This document shows positions 38,440 through 49,524 of a DNA stretch of 64,000 nucleotides, in pieces (the first letter of the stretch is position 1; each line of letters starts with the position of its first letter). The notes beneath the pieces were generated by a model. That model was given only the letters and a program-made list of their open reading frames with translations, had not been told where the DNA came from and ran no database searches. A program made the position numbers and the translations under genes. Source of the DNA: Candidatus Doudnabacteria bacterium (GTDB lineage: Bacteria; Patescibacteriota; Doudnabacteria; UBA920); assembly GCA_003151625.1 (NCBI GenBank), contig PLYC01000013.1, positions 29,210 to 93,209 of the forward strand, given 5' to 3'.

Positions 38440-39936
38440 CTAACGGGCGTGTGCAAGCGAAAAGGTGCGTTTGAATTGCACCCGCACGTCCCAGAGCCGG
38501 TTGTGGCTTGGCTGGGGACGGCAAAGGTCGGTGTAGGGGTACACCGAGAACCATGACCAGGCACTCTCGGGTTTGCCTATAGTATCGCCGATATTGACAA
38601 TCGGGCCAACCATAAATTCAACCCAATGACCGCCTCCAGGGCCATTTATGTGCCAGTTTTCCATCTGCAGGGCGAGCCCCTGCAAAAACCGCGGCGTTCC
38701 CTTGGTTGGTCCGCGGATAGTTTGGATATGGCGATCTGCAAAACGGACTTTGGGGTCCGTGGGCGCCATCAGCTTTACCAAACTGGAAAATTGGAAGTAG
38801 CGTGTACGCCAGTTGCTGATGATAAGGGTAATTATCTGGTGGTTAAAGCCACCAAGATTACCCCTAGTGTCATAGTTGAACGCCGGACCGGCGGTTCCTG
38901 TAAGGTCGAACGACTTGCCGAAGCGGTGCGACCAGCCAAAGGTGGTGTTTCCGGTTGCCGTTGCGGCGTCCGATGTCTGCCGGCTCTGCTGGAGAACTGT
39001 AAATCCTGGAAAGGGAGTATCAAGGCCGGCGGTAAACACAAAAATCAGTTGCCTGTCGTGGCTGGCCGTGCCGGTTGCATCGCCGAACAGCCACACGGTC
39101 AGGGTGCTGGGTACAGCGGTTGGCTTTTTGACAGGGTTGCCCCCTTCCCCGCTTGCGAGCGGATCGGGAGCTTCCAATTCCAAAGCCTTTTCCTGTTGCT
39201 GGTCTGCCCGGCTGATTTTTAACAGTAGCTGTTGAGCGATTGCCGGACCGCCGCCGATTGTGGCAAAAGTAAAGCCGGCAAGCATTGTGGCAAAGCGGAT
39301 GGTTCGTCGCCCTACAAGCCGTTCAAATGTCCAGCCCGTAGAAAGTCCTCGCTCTATAACAAGGACAACTAATGCCAATAATGTTAGCAGGAGCGAACGG
39401 GTAATCCTGTACCGCCACGTTCCGATGACTTCCGCGCGGAACCCCTGTTCCCATTCAATCTTTACTTTCTTGGAGTCTTCAAGGGAAAGTTTTTCAATAA
39501 GTTGGCGGTTTTCGGGCGAAGTAAAGCGGTCGCGGAAATTCATTATCCGGATTTCCAGATTCTGCATTTCCGAAAAAATCGGCGCCGGGGCTTCGTCAAA
39601 TTCATACGTCAGCCCGCGGTCCTCCTCTTTGGAAATTGTCCGGAGCTGGATTTTGAACAGGCGGCTTTCCAGCGCAAAGCTGGCCTTAATTATTTCTTCG
39701 GCCGGAAGCTTTGACGCCCCAAGCGCTTGGCGTTCGCGTTCGATTTCCCGAATCAAGGAAACAGCTTCCATCTCGTGGATTTCTTCCCACGGATGGATAA
39801 CATGTTTCGTGATTTTCGGGTAGTTGTCATAGAAGCTGCTCCAAAGCCAGTAGTTGGGGTCTTTTAAAAACCAACTCCCGATTGCGCAAACAAATAACAA
39901 GAGCGCAAGCAGGCGCGGTTTTGTAACTTTTCGCAT
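38440..39936 (-). CDS. GC-rich orphan: membrane N-terminal half plus beta-strand-rich C-terminal half
   Basis: AGGAGGA SD before ATG 39936; TM helices, internal signal-like segment, amphipathic strands. Confidence 0.6.
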   Translation of the reverse strand: MRKVTKPRLLALLLFVCAIGSWFLKDPNYWLWSSFYDNYPKITKHVIHPWEEIHEMEAVSLIREIERERQALGASKLPAEEIIKASFALESRLFKIQLRTISKEEDRGLTYEFDEAPAPIFSEMQNLEIRIMNFRDRFTSPENRQLIEKLSLEDSKKVKIEWEQGFRAEVIGTWRYRITRSLLLTLLALVVLVIERGLSTGWTFERLVGRRTIRFATMLAGFTFATIGGGPAIAQQLLLKISRADQQQEKALELEAPDPLASGEGGNPVKKPTAVPSTLTVWLFGDATGTASHDRQLIFVFTAGLDTPFPGFTVLQQSRQTSDAATATGNTTFGWSHRFGKSFDLTGTAGPAFNYDTRGNLGGFNHQIITLIISNWRTRYFQFSSLVKLMAPTDPKVRFADRHIQTIRGPTKGTPRFLQGLALQMENWHINGPGGGHWVEFMVGPIVNIGDTIGKPESAWSWFSVYPYTDLCRPQPSHNRLWDVRVQFKRTFSLAHAR

Positions 39937-40193
39937 AGTTTTCCTCCTGTGCGATTTGTGTTTGCCATCTGAACAATTCTTTGATCTTTGCCCAAGCAAA
40001 GACTAATGGCCGGGCGGTTGCCCTATGACGCTTAAAATAGGTTTTAGGCGCTAAGGAAAACCGGCGATTTTTGAACAATAACCCAAAATTATAGGAAAAT
40101 TTGAGGAAAATGTCAATTATTAAAAAATCCCCTAAAGGGGATTTTAGTGGAGTGCCCATACAACGAGGTGCGAACTGACTTTGTTCAAAACTG

Positions 40194-40498
40194 CTGACCT
40201 TGCCCAGGGCTGTTTTTTGATTTAATATGTAGGCATAAACTAGTTGAACAGCTAGTTGAATGCGGGTTCAACCAGTAAAGCTGTTAAAGCCCTTAATTCC
40301 ATTATCTTTGTCCTAACCCGCCATCCCTGACTATCACCACGATTTCCACTATACGACAAAGAAATAATAATACTAAAAACCAATAACTACTTACTAATAC
40401 TAATCAATACTTAATACTAAATACTATACTCTAATCTAACTTAAATACTACCAACTAACCTAAAACACTGAAACAAATGGGGAAATGGGGGGGGTGGA
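40194..40498 (+). repeat. Left long inverted repeat
   Basis: Aligns to the reverse complement of 62434-62733 with scattered mismatches and indels. Confidence 0.95.
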
Positions 40499-40583
40499 GA
40501 ACAAAAGGCAAAAAAATCAGAAGTGTGGGGGCAAGAGAGGCAAAAATGTAACTAATAAGGCAAATCTTGTATACTTAACTTAT

Positions 40584-40760
40584 ATGAATCTTGTCTGGCT
40601 TTTCCTGATTTACATTTTAATAGGGCTGGTTATGGTGCTATGGGATTTCCGTCCTAATAATACTCTACACGACCCGCCACGCTTTATCCAAGACCGTAGC
40701 ATTAGCACGGCCACAATGTTTATATTGCTTTGGCCTTATAAGCTGTTAAGAAAGTTGTAA
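40584..40760 (+). CDS. Small 2-TM membrane protein
   Basis: MNLVWLFL...ILLWPY, followed by terminator 40771-40804. Confidence 0.5.
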   Translation: MNLVWLFLIYILIGLVMVLWDFRPNNTLHDPPRFIQDRSISTATMFILLWPYKLLRKL

Positions 40761-40860
40761 TTTCGTCCTATCCCCGGCTCTATAAATAGGAGCTGGGGGT
40801 TTTTGTTATTGAACCTAAAAAGTGTTAAAATAAAGGAAATCTTTAAATACTACTAATAAG

Positions 40861-43800
40861 ATGGCTTCCGATTCAACGTCAATAACAAATGAAGGTCAGA
40901 ACACGCTCTCGGCGGCGTTAAAGGATATTTTGCCAAATTGTGACAGAGTTGACGCGCTCGTCGGGTATTTTTATTTTTCTGGTTTTCGGGATCTGCATAA
41001 AGAACTTCAGAGCAAAAAGATCCGAATTCTCGTAGGTATGGATATAGATAGGAAAATGATAGAAAAGATTTCTACTTTGAAGGATGCCAATCTTGACTCT
41101 TATCTCACGGATTCAAAAATTTCGTCGCGGGCAGGCGTAAAAGAAAATTATTTTGAGATTTTTTCTCGTGTTTTTAACGATACTGATTATTTTGATGATA
41201 CAGAAGCCCAAGAAGCTTTTAAGAGTTTTTTGGAGAAAATCAAAGACGGAAGTTTGGAAATTAAGAAGTCGGCTAAAGCGAATCATTCGAAGTATTATAT
41301 CTTGCACAATAAACCAGAGCTTTCAGCGAATGGCAGAACGCCAGGCGTTATTGTCACAGGTTCGAGCAACCTAACACTATCAGGGCTTAAGGGGCAAGGA
41401 GAAAATAATATAATCTTGCAGGAAAAGCATTACTACGATGACCACTTCAAACGATTTGAGGAACAATGGAATGATCCAGAAAATATCGGGATTGCAGATA
41501 TAAATTCTGCTGATGAATTTATACAAGAAGTAAAACAGAGGGTTTGGCTTTATGCCCTACCGAAACCTCTCCATATGTTTTATAGGGTTCTTGATGAGTA
41601 TTTTTCAGTAGACGATGTGGAAGATAGAAAGTCACCAGAAGAAATTACTTCCGGTAAATTCTATAACTTAAAATATCAACGGGATGCAATAAATTTAGGA
41701 ATTGACAGAATTGAGAAATTCGGAGGAGTTATTATTGCGGATGTTGTAGGCCTAGGTAAAAGCATTGTCGCATCAGCCATTGCTCATAATCTTAATTTGC
41801 AGACAGTTATTATTGCCCCTCCACACCTTGAAAGTCAGTGGAAAGATTATATGTCTGATTTCGACTTCAAGGGTCAGGTGTATTCAACTGGAAAAATTAA
41901 AGAAGCACTTGAGCGACACGGAAGCGAGGGTGGAAAGTTATTGATAATTTTAGATGAAGCTCACAAGCATAGAAACGAAGATACTGATAATTATATTCTG
42001 CTTCATAAACTTTGCGCGGGCAATCGAGTTATGGCTCTTTCCGCTACTCCTTTTAACAATGACCCAAGGGACATTTATGCCCTTATAAAATTGTTCAGCA
42101 CTCCCGGTCAATCCACTTTAAAAACTGTGGAAAATTTAAGTATGTCATTTCATCAGCTTTTCAAAAGTTATCGTGCGTTAAGAAGGAGTATGCGCCAGAG
42201 CGGGAAGAAGCAAGATGAAAGCGGTGTTGAGGAAATAACCAAGCGCAGTCAAGAAATCGCAAATGAATTACGGAAGATGATTGAACCACTGGTCATTCGC
42301 CGTTCAAGGTTGGATTTGGACGAGATTGAGGTTTATAGAAAAGATTTGAAAGAGCAAAATATTTCGTTTCCAAAAGTTAAAGACCCGGAATTACTTGAAT
42401 ATAAACTAGGCGAAATATCTGATCTGTATATAAGTACGTTAGAAAAAATTGCATCTGATGAGGAGCGAGCAAGTTTTCTCGGCACAAGATATAAATCTGC
42501 TAATTATATTCGACCGGGTTCGGATTTCTTTACGAAACTCATTGAGCAGGAAGAAACAACTGATGGCGAGTCACCCCAAGAGACTATTCAAAGAATGCAG
42601 CAGGCGCAAGTTAACATAGCCAAATTTATGCGGCGTCTACTAGTGAGGAGATTTGAAAGTTCCATAGCCTCTTTCAAAATCTCACTAAATAACATGATCA
42701 CCTCGTCCGAGCTTATGTTGGACTGGTATCTAAATCGCGGCGAAGTGCCAATCTATAAAAAAGGAGATCTTCCTGACACTACCGATCTTGAAGATATGGA
42801 GCCATCTGAAGCAGAAGCGGCGCTTAATAAGCTAGAGGGCAAAGGACTTATCCTTATTCCAAAAGCTGAAATTGATCCACGTTTTGAAGAACACCTGCGA
42901 CACGATATAGAGTTACTAAAAGGTATTTTGGCAAATTGGGATGGTGTAACAGCAGACCCAAAGTATGAATTCTTTGTTAAGAAAGTTACAGAATCTCTAG
43001 CGAAAGAAAATAAACGAAAGCTTGTTGTATTTACCGAATTTTCGGATACTGCGGATTATATATATGAAAAATTAAAGGCTGATGGTTTGCAACGAATTTT
43101 TAAATACACCTCGGGCGATGCTTCGGAAGCAAACAGAAAAACAATTAAAGCCAACTTTGACGCAAGTTTAGATTTATCAAAACAATCTAATGATTTTGAT
43201 ATTATAGTAGCAACGGATGCAATTTCTGAAGGGTTTAATTTGCATCGAGCAGGGACGGTTATAAATTATGATATTCCCTATAATCCTACACGAGTAATTC
43301 AGCGTGTCGGGCGCATTAATCGTATTAGTCAAAAAGTATTTGACGAACTTTTCATTTGGAACTTCTTCCCTACTCCGACGGGAGAATTTGAGACACATAC
43401 ACGGGCTATTTCTACATTAAAAATGAATATGATTCATTCGCTCCTTGGTGAAGATACGAGGATATTTACTAGCGACGAGGAGTTGAAAAATTATTTTGCA
43501 AAACAGTATACGGAAGAAAATAAAAAATTTGATGGGTCCTCATGGGATGCAAAATACAGGAATATCTGGCTGAATATAAAAGGCAATAAAAAAGTTATGG
43601 ACGAAATTGCCAAGATACCGCGTCGGTCGAGAATTGCTAGGAAATCATTAAAAAATGGTGTTGTCGCATTCGCAAAGAACGGCGGTAGTTATGTTTTCGC
43701 TTATGGAAACACAGCAGAAGATGTGATGGTTATTTCTCCCGAAATTGCCCTACCATTATTTGAAGCTAGTGAGGTCGACAAAGCAGAGGAAACGACAACC

Positions 43801-44163
43801 AGCTTTGAGCCAATATACCAGGTCGCTAAAGATCATATATTTAAGAATAATACTCACGCTTCTGTTACCGGCGGGCGTAAACAAGATGCGCTAGGTAAAT
43901 TAAAAGTGTTATCTGAAATGTATCAACCTGCAAAAGATTTATGTTTAGATGCTATCAAAACCATAAAAGACTTGGATGCTCTTCCGAACGGTATTCTAAA
44001 AGAAATCGCGGAATTATATTTAGATAAGGCAAACCTTGCCAAATCCTATACTATTCTCAAAGAGATGCTACCGCCAAAGTACCTTGAGGATATTTTTACA
44101 ACAGCGAAAAGAGCCGAGGAAACGGCTCGGCTGATTGTGTTGTCTGAAGAGTTAATTGCATGA
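40861..44163 (+). CDS. PLD-nuclease domain + SNF2-type helicase (restriction subunit-like)
   Basis: VGYFYFSGF, HSKYY..GSSNLT, ADVVGLGKS, DEAH, SATP, SEGFNL, QRVGRINR. Confidence 0.9.
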   Translation: MASDSTSITNEGQNTLSAALKDILPNCDRVDALVGYFYFSGFRDLHKELQSKKIRILVGMDIDRKMIEKISTLKDANLDSYLTDSKISSRAGVKENYFEIFSRVFNDTDYFDDTEAQEAFKSFLEKIKDGSLEIKKSAKANHSKYYILHNKPELSANGRTPGVIVTGSSNLTLSGLKGQGENNIILQEKHYYDDHFKRFEEQWNDPENIGIADINSADEFIQEVKQRVWLYALPKPLHMFYRVLDEYFSVDDVEDRKSPEEITSGKFYNLKYQRDAINLGIDRIEKFGGVIIADVVGLGKSIVASAIAHNLNLQTVIIAPPHLESQWKDYMSDFDFKGQVYSTGKIKEALERHGSEGGKLLIILDEAHKHRNEDTDNYILLHKLCAGNRVMALSATPFNNDPRDIYALIKLFSTPGQSTLKTVENLSMSFHQLFKSYRALRRSMRQSGKKQDESGVEEITKRSQEIANELRKMIEPLVIRRSRLDLDEIEVYRKDLKEQNISFPKVKDPELLEYKLGEISDLYISTLEKIASDEERASFLGTRYKSANYIRPGSDFFTKLIEQEETTDGESPQETIQRMQQAQVNIAKFMRRLLVRRFESSIASFKISLNNMITSSELMLDWYLNRGEVPIYKKGDLPDTTDLEDMEPSEAEAALNKLEGKGLILIPKAEIDPRFEEHLRHDIELLKGILANWDGVTADPKYEFFVKKVTESLAKENKRKLVVFTEFSDTADYIYEKLKADGLQRIFKYTSGDASEANRKTIKANFDASLDLSKQSNDFDIIVATDAISEGFNLHRAGTVINYDIPYNPTRVIQRVGRINRISQKVFDELFIWNFFPTPTGEFETHTRAISTLKMNMIHSLLGEDTRIFTSDEELKNYFAKQYTEENKKFDGSSWDAKYRNIWLNIKGNKKVMDEIAKIPRRSRIARKSLKNGVVAFAKNGGSYVFAYGNTAEDVMVISPEIALPLFEASEVDKAEETTTSFEPIYQVAKDHIFKNNTHASVTGGRKQDALGKLKVLSEMYQPAKDLCLDAIKTIKDLDALPNGILKEIAELYLDKANLAKSYTILKEMLPPKYLEDIFTTAKRAEETARLIVLSEELIA

Positions 44164-47100
44164 TGAAATTTAATGAAAAATATAACCATGAGAGCTTCCT
44201 TGATTTTTTGAACAATTTTCTCCCTGAAGATTTTTTAGAAAAAGAAGAAGACATTGTTATAAACAAAGAAAGATATAAGGAAATAGCCAAAGCTAAAATA
44301 TTGGGTTTTTCAGAGTGTTTAGATTTATATGTTTTAGAAATGGATCACTCCCGGGAAAATGATCCCAGAATTGCTATTGCAACGGACGCTTTTAAAATAC
44401 TTGCTGACCATTGGATACACAGAGCCCTTGTAGTATTTAAAAATAAAGAATCAGAGAATTATAGACTTTCCTATTTAACCATTTCTCTCGATTTAAATGA
44501 TAAAAATAAAGCTGTAAAAAGATACTCAAATGCTCGTAGATACTCTTTTTATCTTGGCCCTAATGCTAAAATAAACACCCCGACGAAGTTTCTTATTAGC
44601 AAAGGTAAAGTTACTGACTTTGACGATCTGAAAAGTAGATTTTCTATTGAGGTTGTTAATAAAGAATTTTACAAAGAAATATCCCAAGCATTTACTAAAC
44701 TTATTGATGGATTACTTAAGCTCCCTTCGAATGAAGATAAAAATCAGACTAGCATAGAATTTGCGGTTCGTTTAATTGGCAGGATCATCTTTTGCTGGTT
44801 CTTACGCGAAAAAAAAAGCCAAACTGGGTCAGCTTTGATGCCGAAAGAACTATTGTCTCTGTCTGCTGTCCAGGAAAACAGCGACTATTATCACAGGATT
44901 CTTGAACCTATTTTTTTTGAAGTTCTCAATAAGCCTGTTAAATCCAGAATAGATGGTTTTGCCAAGGAGCCTTTTTCCTATGTGCCTTATTTGAATGGTG
45001 GTTTATTTTCACCTCAAGATAACGATTATTACAAACGCATTAATAGCGCTTTTCAATCGCAATATCAAAATAATTTAGTAATTCCTGACGATTGGCTTAA
45101 AGACTTTTTTGAAATCCTTGAGACTTATAATTTCACAATAGACGAAAATACTAGCTTTGATGAAGAACTTTCCATCGATCCGGAGATGCTTGGAAGAATT
45201 TTTGAAAACCTTCTTGCAGAAATAAACCCGGAAACAGGAGAATCTGCGCGTCAAAGTACGGGTAGTTTCTATACACCGAGGACAATTGTAGATTATATGA
45301 TTGACGAAAGTTTGATGCTGTACCTAAAAAATCTAACACAGATTGAAGATAAAAAGCTAAAAGCTATTGTAAGTTATGATTTGAATGATGATGCGGCTAA
45401 TCCACTCAATCTTGATGAGAAGCAAAAAATTGTTGATGCCCTCGAGAGAGTAAAGATACTTGATCCAGCTTGTGGTTCGGGAGCTTTTCCCATAGGTGCT
45501 CTTCAAAAAATAGTTTTCATTCTCCAGCAGGTAGATCCTGATGGGCAAATGTGGTTTACAAAACAAATTCAGAATACATCCCCAGAAATAAAAAGGGTAA
45601 TAGAGCGCGAATTTGCTCATAAGAATTTTGATTATATTAGAAAACTTGGAATTATAAGAGAAAATATCTACGGTATTGATATTCAGTCAATCGCTATAGA
45701 GATATCTCGGCTAAGATGTTTTTTAACCTTAGTTGTCGACGAACGTATACAGGAGGACTTAGATAATAGAGGAATTGAGCCTTTACCAAATTTGGATTTT
45801 AAGTTTGTGGTCTCTAATACTCTTTTTGGTCTTCCAGGATCAGAGTCCTTAAGTCAATCTGAACTGTTCGAAGATGATGCTGGAATACAAGAATTAAAAG
45901 GGCTTAGGGACTTGTTCTTTAATGCTTCTGGGGTTGAACGAGATCAATTACAGCTTAAATTTGTCCAAGCTCAAAATAGAATGTTTCAACGTCTTATTAG
46001 TGAAGGCAGGAGGGGTTTGGGTCAATTAACCACTCAATTAACCACATGGGATCCATTTAGTCACAATCTTTCATCGTGGTTTGATTCTGAATGGATGTTC
46101 GGGATAAAGGACGGCTTTGATATTGTGATTGCTAACCCACCCTACGTATCGACAAAAGGAGTTGAAGAAAATTCAAAAGAACAACTTGAAAATAAATATG
46201 GTTTTGCAGATGACCTGTATTCCCATTTTTATTTTAGAGGTTTTGAACTATGCAAAGGCGGAGGCTTTCTTTCTTATATAACTAGTAAGACCTTCTGGGT
46301 CATTCAAACAAAAAAGAACCTTCGTGAATTATTGCTTAAAAATAATATTATTGATATTTATGATACCGCTAATCCGTTTGAAAGTGTGATGGTAGATACT
46401 TGTGTAGTTCTGGCTCAGAAAGAGAATAGGCAGGAAAATAAAATTAACTTCTTGAAAGCAGATAATGATTATTCGAATCCGATTCGGCTGGAAGTAGATA
46501 AGTCAATTTATGAAAATGCTGTAAATACAGTTATTTTTAGTCCGTCTCATGAAAATCTTGTGATATATCATAAATACAATACTGCAGTGAGTGAACTGAT
46601 GAAAAAATGGTGGCCATTAATCAATACGAGTAAAAATATTACAAAATATGGCACACAGCTAACAAAATACAGAGATAATTTAAAATCAGGAGAGGTTACA
46701 CTTTTAGGGTTAATTACAGATGGTGGACAAGGTCTCGCAACTGCAAACAATGGTAAATATGTTGGCGTGCTTTCCAGCACAAAGGAAGCAGTAAAAATAG
46801 AGGAAGCACGTATTAAGAAGTTTTTTGAATTTGTTACTCAGCGAACAATTAGTGAATATGGAACTAGTAAAGAATCTATTCGGGCAAATTTAAATAAATT
46901 ATCAGAGCAACAACTTCGGGCACTTTTTGATACATTGAAAGATAAATATGGGCAAGATCTTTTCGGAAAAGGATTCCTGTACCGCATCGTTGATTCTAGA
47001 GAGATAAAGAATATAGATAAAATGACTGACAATGAAAAAGAAGACGGCCTAGTTGGTGATCAATCATTTGTACCGTATGATAAAGGAGACAAGGAAGGCA

Positions 47101-47666
47101 ATCGATGGTATGTCCGTACGCCATATTATATTGATTGGAATAAGGTTAATGTAAGTTTTTTAAAAGAAAATACTGGTAAGAAAGGTAAAAATATGCCTGT
47201 TTTTCGAAATCCACAATTTTATTTTAAGGATGGATTCTCGTGGAATCTTATTAACGGGACCAGAACGACTAATGAACTTAAATTTACAATTACGGCACCT
47301 GCCGTAAATGATATGGCCTCGAATAAATTAACTTCCTTACTAGATAATGTATCTAACAAATACATCGCCACTGTTTGTAATTCTAGGTTTATAAACACAT
47401 ACACCGAAAATTTTATAAATTTTACATTAAATTTTCCTCATAATAGCACTCGTCAGGTACCCATAATTATTCCTACTGAAAAACAACTTGTCGACTTTGA
47501 AGATCTGTTTGACCGTGCCTATGCTATAAAAGTTAACCAGTTCGACGGAAAAATTACCGAGACTGCCGCAGGTCTAAAACTTCAAGAAATCCAAGAAGAA
47601 TTAGATGAAAAAGTGTTAAAACTTTATGGCCTCACGTCCGAGGAGGTAGAGATTGTAAAAAATTAA
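44160..47666 (+). CDS. Large N6-adenine DNA methyltransferase (type IIG/Eco57I-like) with target recognition domain
   Basis: YLNGGLF, GSFYTP, DPACGSGAF, NPPY; ATGA overlap with helicase gene. Confidence 0.92.
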   Translation: MMKFNEKYNHESFLDFLNNFLPEDFLEKEEDIVINKERYKEIAKAKILGFSECLDLYVLEMDHSRENDPRIAIATDAFKILADHWIHRALVVFKNKESENYRLSYLTISLDLNDKNKAVKRYSNARRYSFYLGPNAKINTPTKFLISKGKVTDFDDLKSRFSIEVVNKEFYKEISQAFTKLIDGLLKLPSNEDKNQTSIEFAVRLIGRIIFCWFLREKKSQTGSALMPKELLSLSAVQENSDYYHRILEPIFFEVLNKPVKSRIDGFAKEPFSYVPYLNGGLFSPQDNDYYKRINSAFQSQYQNNLVIPDDWLKDFFEILETYNFTIDENTSFDEELSIDPEMLGRIFENLLAEINPETGESARQSTGSFYTPRTIVDYMIDESLMLYLKNLTQIEDKKLKAIVSYDLNDDAANPLNLDEKQKIVDALERVKILDPACGSGAFPIGALQKIVFILQQVDPDGQMWFTKQIQNTSPEIKRVIEREFAHKNFDYIRKLGIIRENIYGIDIQSIAIEISRLRCFLTLVVDERIQEDLDNRGIEPLPNLDFKFVVSNTLFGLPGSESLSQSELFEDDAGIQELKGLRDLFFNASGVERDQLQLKFVQAQNRMFQRLISEGRRGLGQLTTQLTTWDPFSHNLSSWFDSEWMFGIKDGFDIVIANPPYVSTKGVEENSKEQLENKYGFADDLYSHFYFRGFELCKGGGFLSYITSKTFWVIQTKKNLRELLLKNNIIDIYDTANPFESVMVDTCVVLAQKENRQENKINFLKADNDYSNPIRLEVDKSIYENAVNTVIFSPSHENLVIYHKYNTAVSELMKKWWPLINTSKNITKYGTQLTKYRDNLKSGEVTLLGLITDGGQGLATANNGKYVGVLSSTKEAVKIEEARIKKFFEFVTQRTISEYGTSKESIRANLNKLSEQQLRALFDTLKDKYGQDLFGKGFLYRIVDSREIKNIDKMTDNEKEDGLVGDQSFVPYDKGDKEGNRWYVRTPYYIDWNKVNVSFLKENTGKKGKNMPVFRNPQFYFKDGFSWNLINGTRTTNELKFTITAPAVNDMASNKLTSLLDNVSNKYIATVCNSRFINTYTENFINFTLNFPHNSTRQVPIIIPTEKQLVDFEDLFDRAYAIKVNQFDGKITETAAGLKLQEIQEELDEKVLKLYGLTSEEVEIVKN

Positions 47667-48968
47667 ATGACCCAAGGATACGTACTTAAAATCCCATTCG
47701 GCAGGCGTGCTATTTTTGCAGATAATATCGACGGTCAATTCGCTCAGCCCGTTCCAAGTTTTTCCCATGGCCGTGGCTCACCACTTGTGGTTTTTATCTC
47801 TGCAGAAGAAGGATGTATCACTCATTTAGCAACGGGGCGTCCGGGCGTAAACGCGGGGACTGATCTACGAAGATTAAACTTAGAAGAAATTCATGTCCCA
47901 CAAACACCTTTACGATTTGCAGATATCTTAGAATATGTTCCTGCCAACGTACGGCGACATATTGCTAGTGTATTTGAACGCGGTGGAGTCTTACCGCCAG
48001 GAAGCTTTACTGGAGTAGTGGGCGCTATTCACGAACTAGACCCAAATATTAGTCCATTACTAACGCGATATGGGGTAGGGCGTGCAGAGGCAATTGCAAA
48101 TTTACCTTTACGTGCTCGTGAGTCGTTAGCCGCACAAAAAGAAGCCGTGAATACGGCTCTGGGTTTAGCTAACTTTGATCGGAAGCCTCTACTTGAGTGG
48201 ACTCCTAGTCCAACCGAGCAACGCACTTCATTTCTTGATGGATTGCCACAAGCATACTTACGAGAAGATCTCATGATTTTAAATGACCTGAATCATATTC
48301 CTGGGTTAAACCATATTAGGTCTTCAATTACCAGCACTGCACGTTTTGAGGGGCAAGGTGTAAGGTTGGATGTTATTTTGGCGAACCGCATGCGCCTAGA
48401 AGAACAAACAGGTGCAGACCTTATTTATTATAATGCAACATATCAGTCATTTGTTATGGTTCAATATAAGGCCATGGAGCAGGTTGAGAACGAGCATGGT
48501 CCCTCGTTTAGGCTTCCTAATTCTCAGCTGAACGCTGAAATTTTTCAAATGGATCGATTGATTGAGCAATTGAGGCCAGCCTCGCCCCCGTCTAACCGTG
48601 ATGAGTATCGTTTTACTGAAAACCCTTTTTTTATAAAGTTGTGCCCTAGAATTATATTAGATCCAGATAATGTTGATCTAACACCAGGTATGTATTTCTC
48701 GCGAGATCATTGGCGCTTTCTTGAGGTTGATACTGATTTAGTTGGTCCTCGTGGTGGTCACAAAATTACCTATCAAAATATGCGGAGGTACCTCAATAAC
48801 ACACAGTTTGCTGACCTCGTGCAAAATGCTTGGGTTGGAACGACACCCGCGCAGAGCTCCATGCTGGAGGCAATCATCTCAGAAATCCTTCAAGAGGGAA
48901 AAGCAGTAATTATTGCCATAAAATCAAAAATCGAAATACAACTCACAGAAACAGAAGATAATTTATAA
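47667..48968 (+). CDS. Putative PD-(D/E)XK-like endonuclease
   Basis: LEEQTGADLIYYN...FVMVQYK motif; starts immediately after the MTase stop. Confidence 0.55.
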   Translation: MTQGYVLKIPFGRRAIFADNIDGQFAQPVPSFSHGRGSPLVVFISAEEGCITHLATGRPGVNAGTDLRRLNLEEIHVPQTPLRFADILEYVPANVRRHIASVFERGGVLPPGSFTGVVGAIHELDPNISPLLTRYGVGRAEAIANLPLRARESLAAQKEAVNTALGLANFDRKPLLEWTPSPTEQRTSFLDGLPQAYLREDLMILNDLNHIPGLNHIRSSITSTARFEGQGVRLDVILANRMRLEEQTGADLIYYNATYQSFVMVQYKAMEQVENEHGPSFRLPNSQLNAEIFQMDRLIEQLRPASPPSNRDEYRFTENPFFIKLCPRIILDPDNVDLTPGMYFSRDHWRFLEVDTDLVGPRGGHKITYQNMRRYLNNTQFADLVQNAWVGTTPAQSSMLEAIISEILQEGKAVIIAIKSKIEIQLTETEDNL

Positions 48969-49168
48969 ACTGTACAGTCTAGCAGGTTAAGAAAGAAGCC
49001 TAAAGGCGCTAGGCATTTAGGTTTCTTTTCGGCTCCACACTATTCATTTTTCGATATTAAATAGGGTTATTATAGTTATATAAAATAAAAGACCGTGGCT
49101 ATTTTGGCCACGGTCTTTTTAAGACTTTGATTCCATTTTAATTTATGTTTATTTCTTTTTGCAACCAA

Positions 49169-49369
49169 CTATTTCTGCCTGTTATAAGGTGACTGATTTG
49201 TTGGGTGAAGCGAGAAACCCAATTCAGAAGCTTTGGAATATACTGCTTCCGGCGTGCGCCCTAGTTTTAGAGCAATAACCCTTGTTGGTGTGTTCTCTTT
49301 TGCCATAGTTTTTAAGTTTCTCTCGTCTTGTTGTTCCCATTGCTTTCCAAAATTTTTTGGCCAAGTCAT
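49169..49369 (-). CDS. Small HTH DNA-binding protein
   Basis: W..QD...L, TPTRVIALKLGRTPEAVYSKAS, PTNQSPYN. Confidence 0.75.
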   Translation of the reverse strand: MTWPKNFGKQWEQQDERNLKTMAKENTPTRVIALKLGRTPEAVYSKASELGFSLHPTNQSPYNRQK

Positions 49370-49524
49370 TGATTTAATTTCCTTTCAAATTTTAACTGTT
49401 CGACCTTTGCTTTTTGTTTCTGGCGTTTTTCCTCCGCCATTAACTATACATTAGTAAGTTTTTGAAAATCCGTCAAGTATTAAGGACTTATTGCATTTTT
49501 AAAATATTTATGTTAGTATGAGTT

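Noticed and set aside
40861-47666. BREX or DISARM assignment
   Set aside because: No PglZ, BrxC, DrmB or DrmA-type partners are recognisable.
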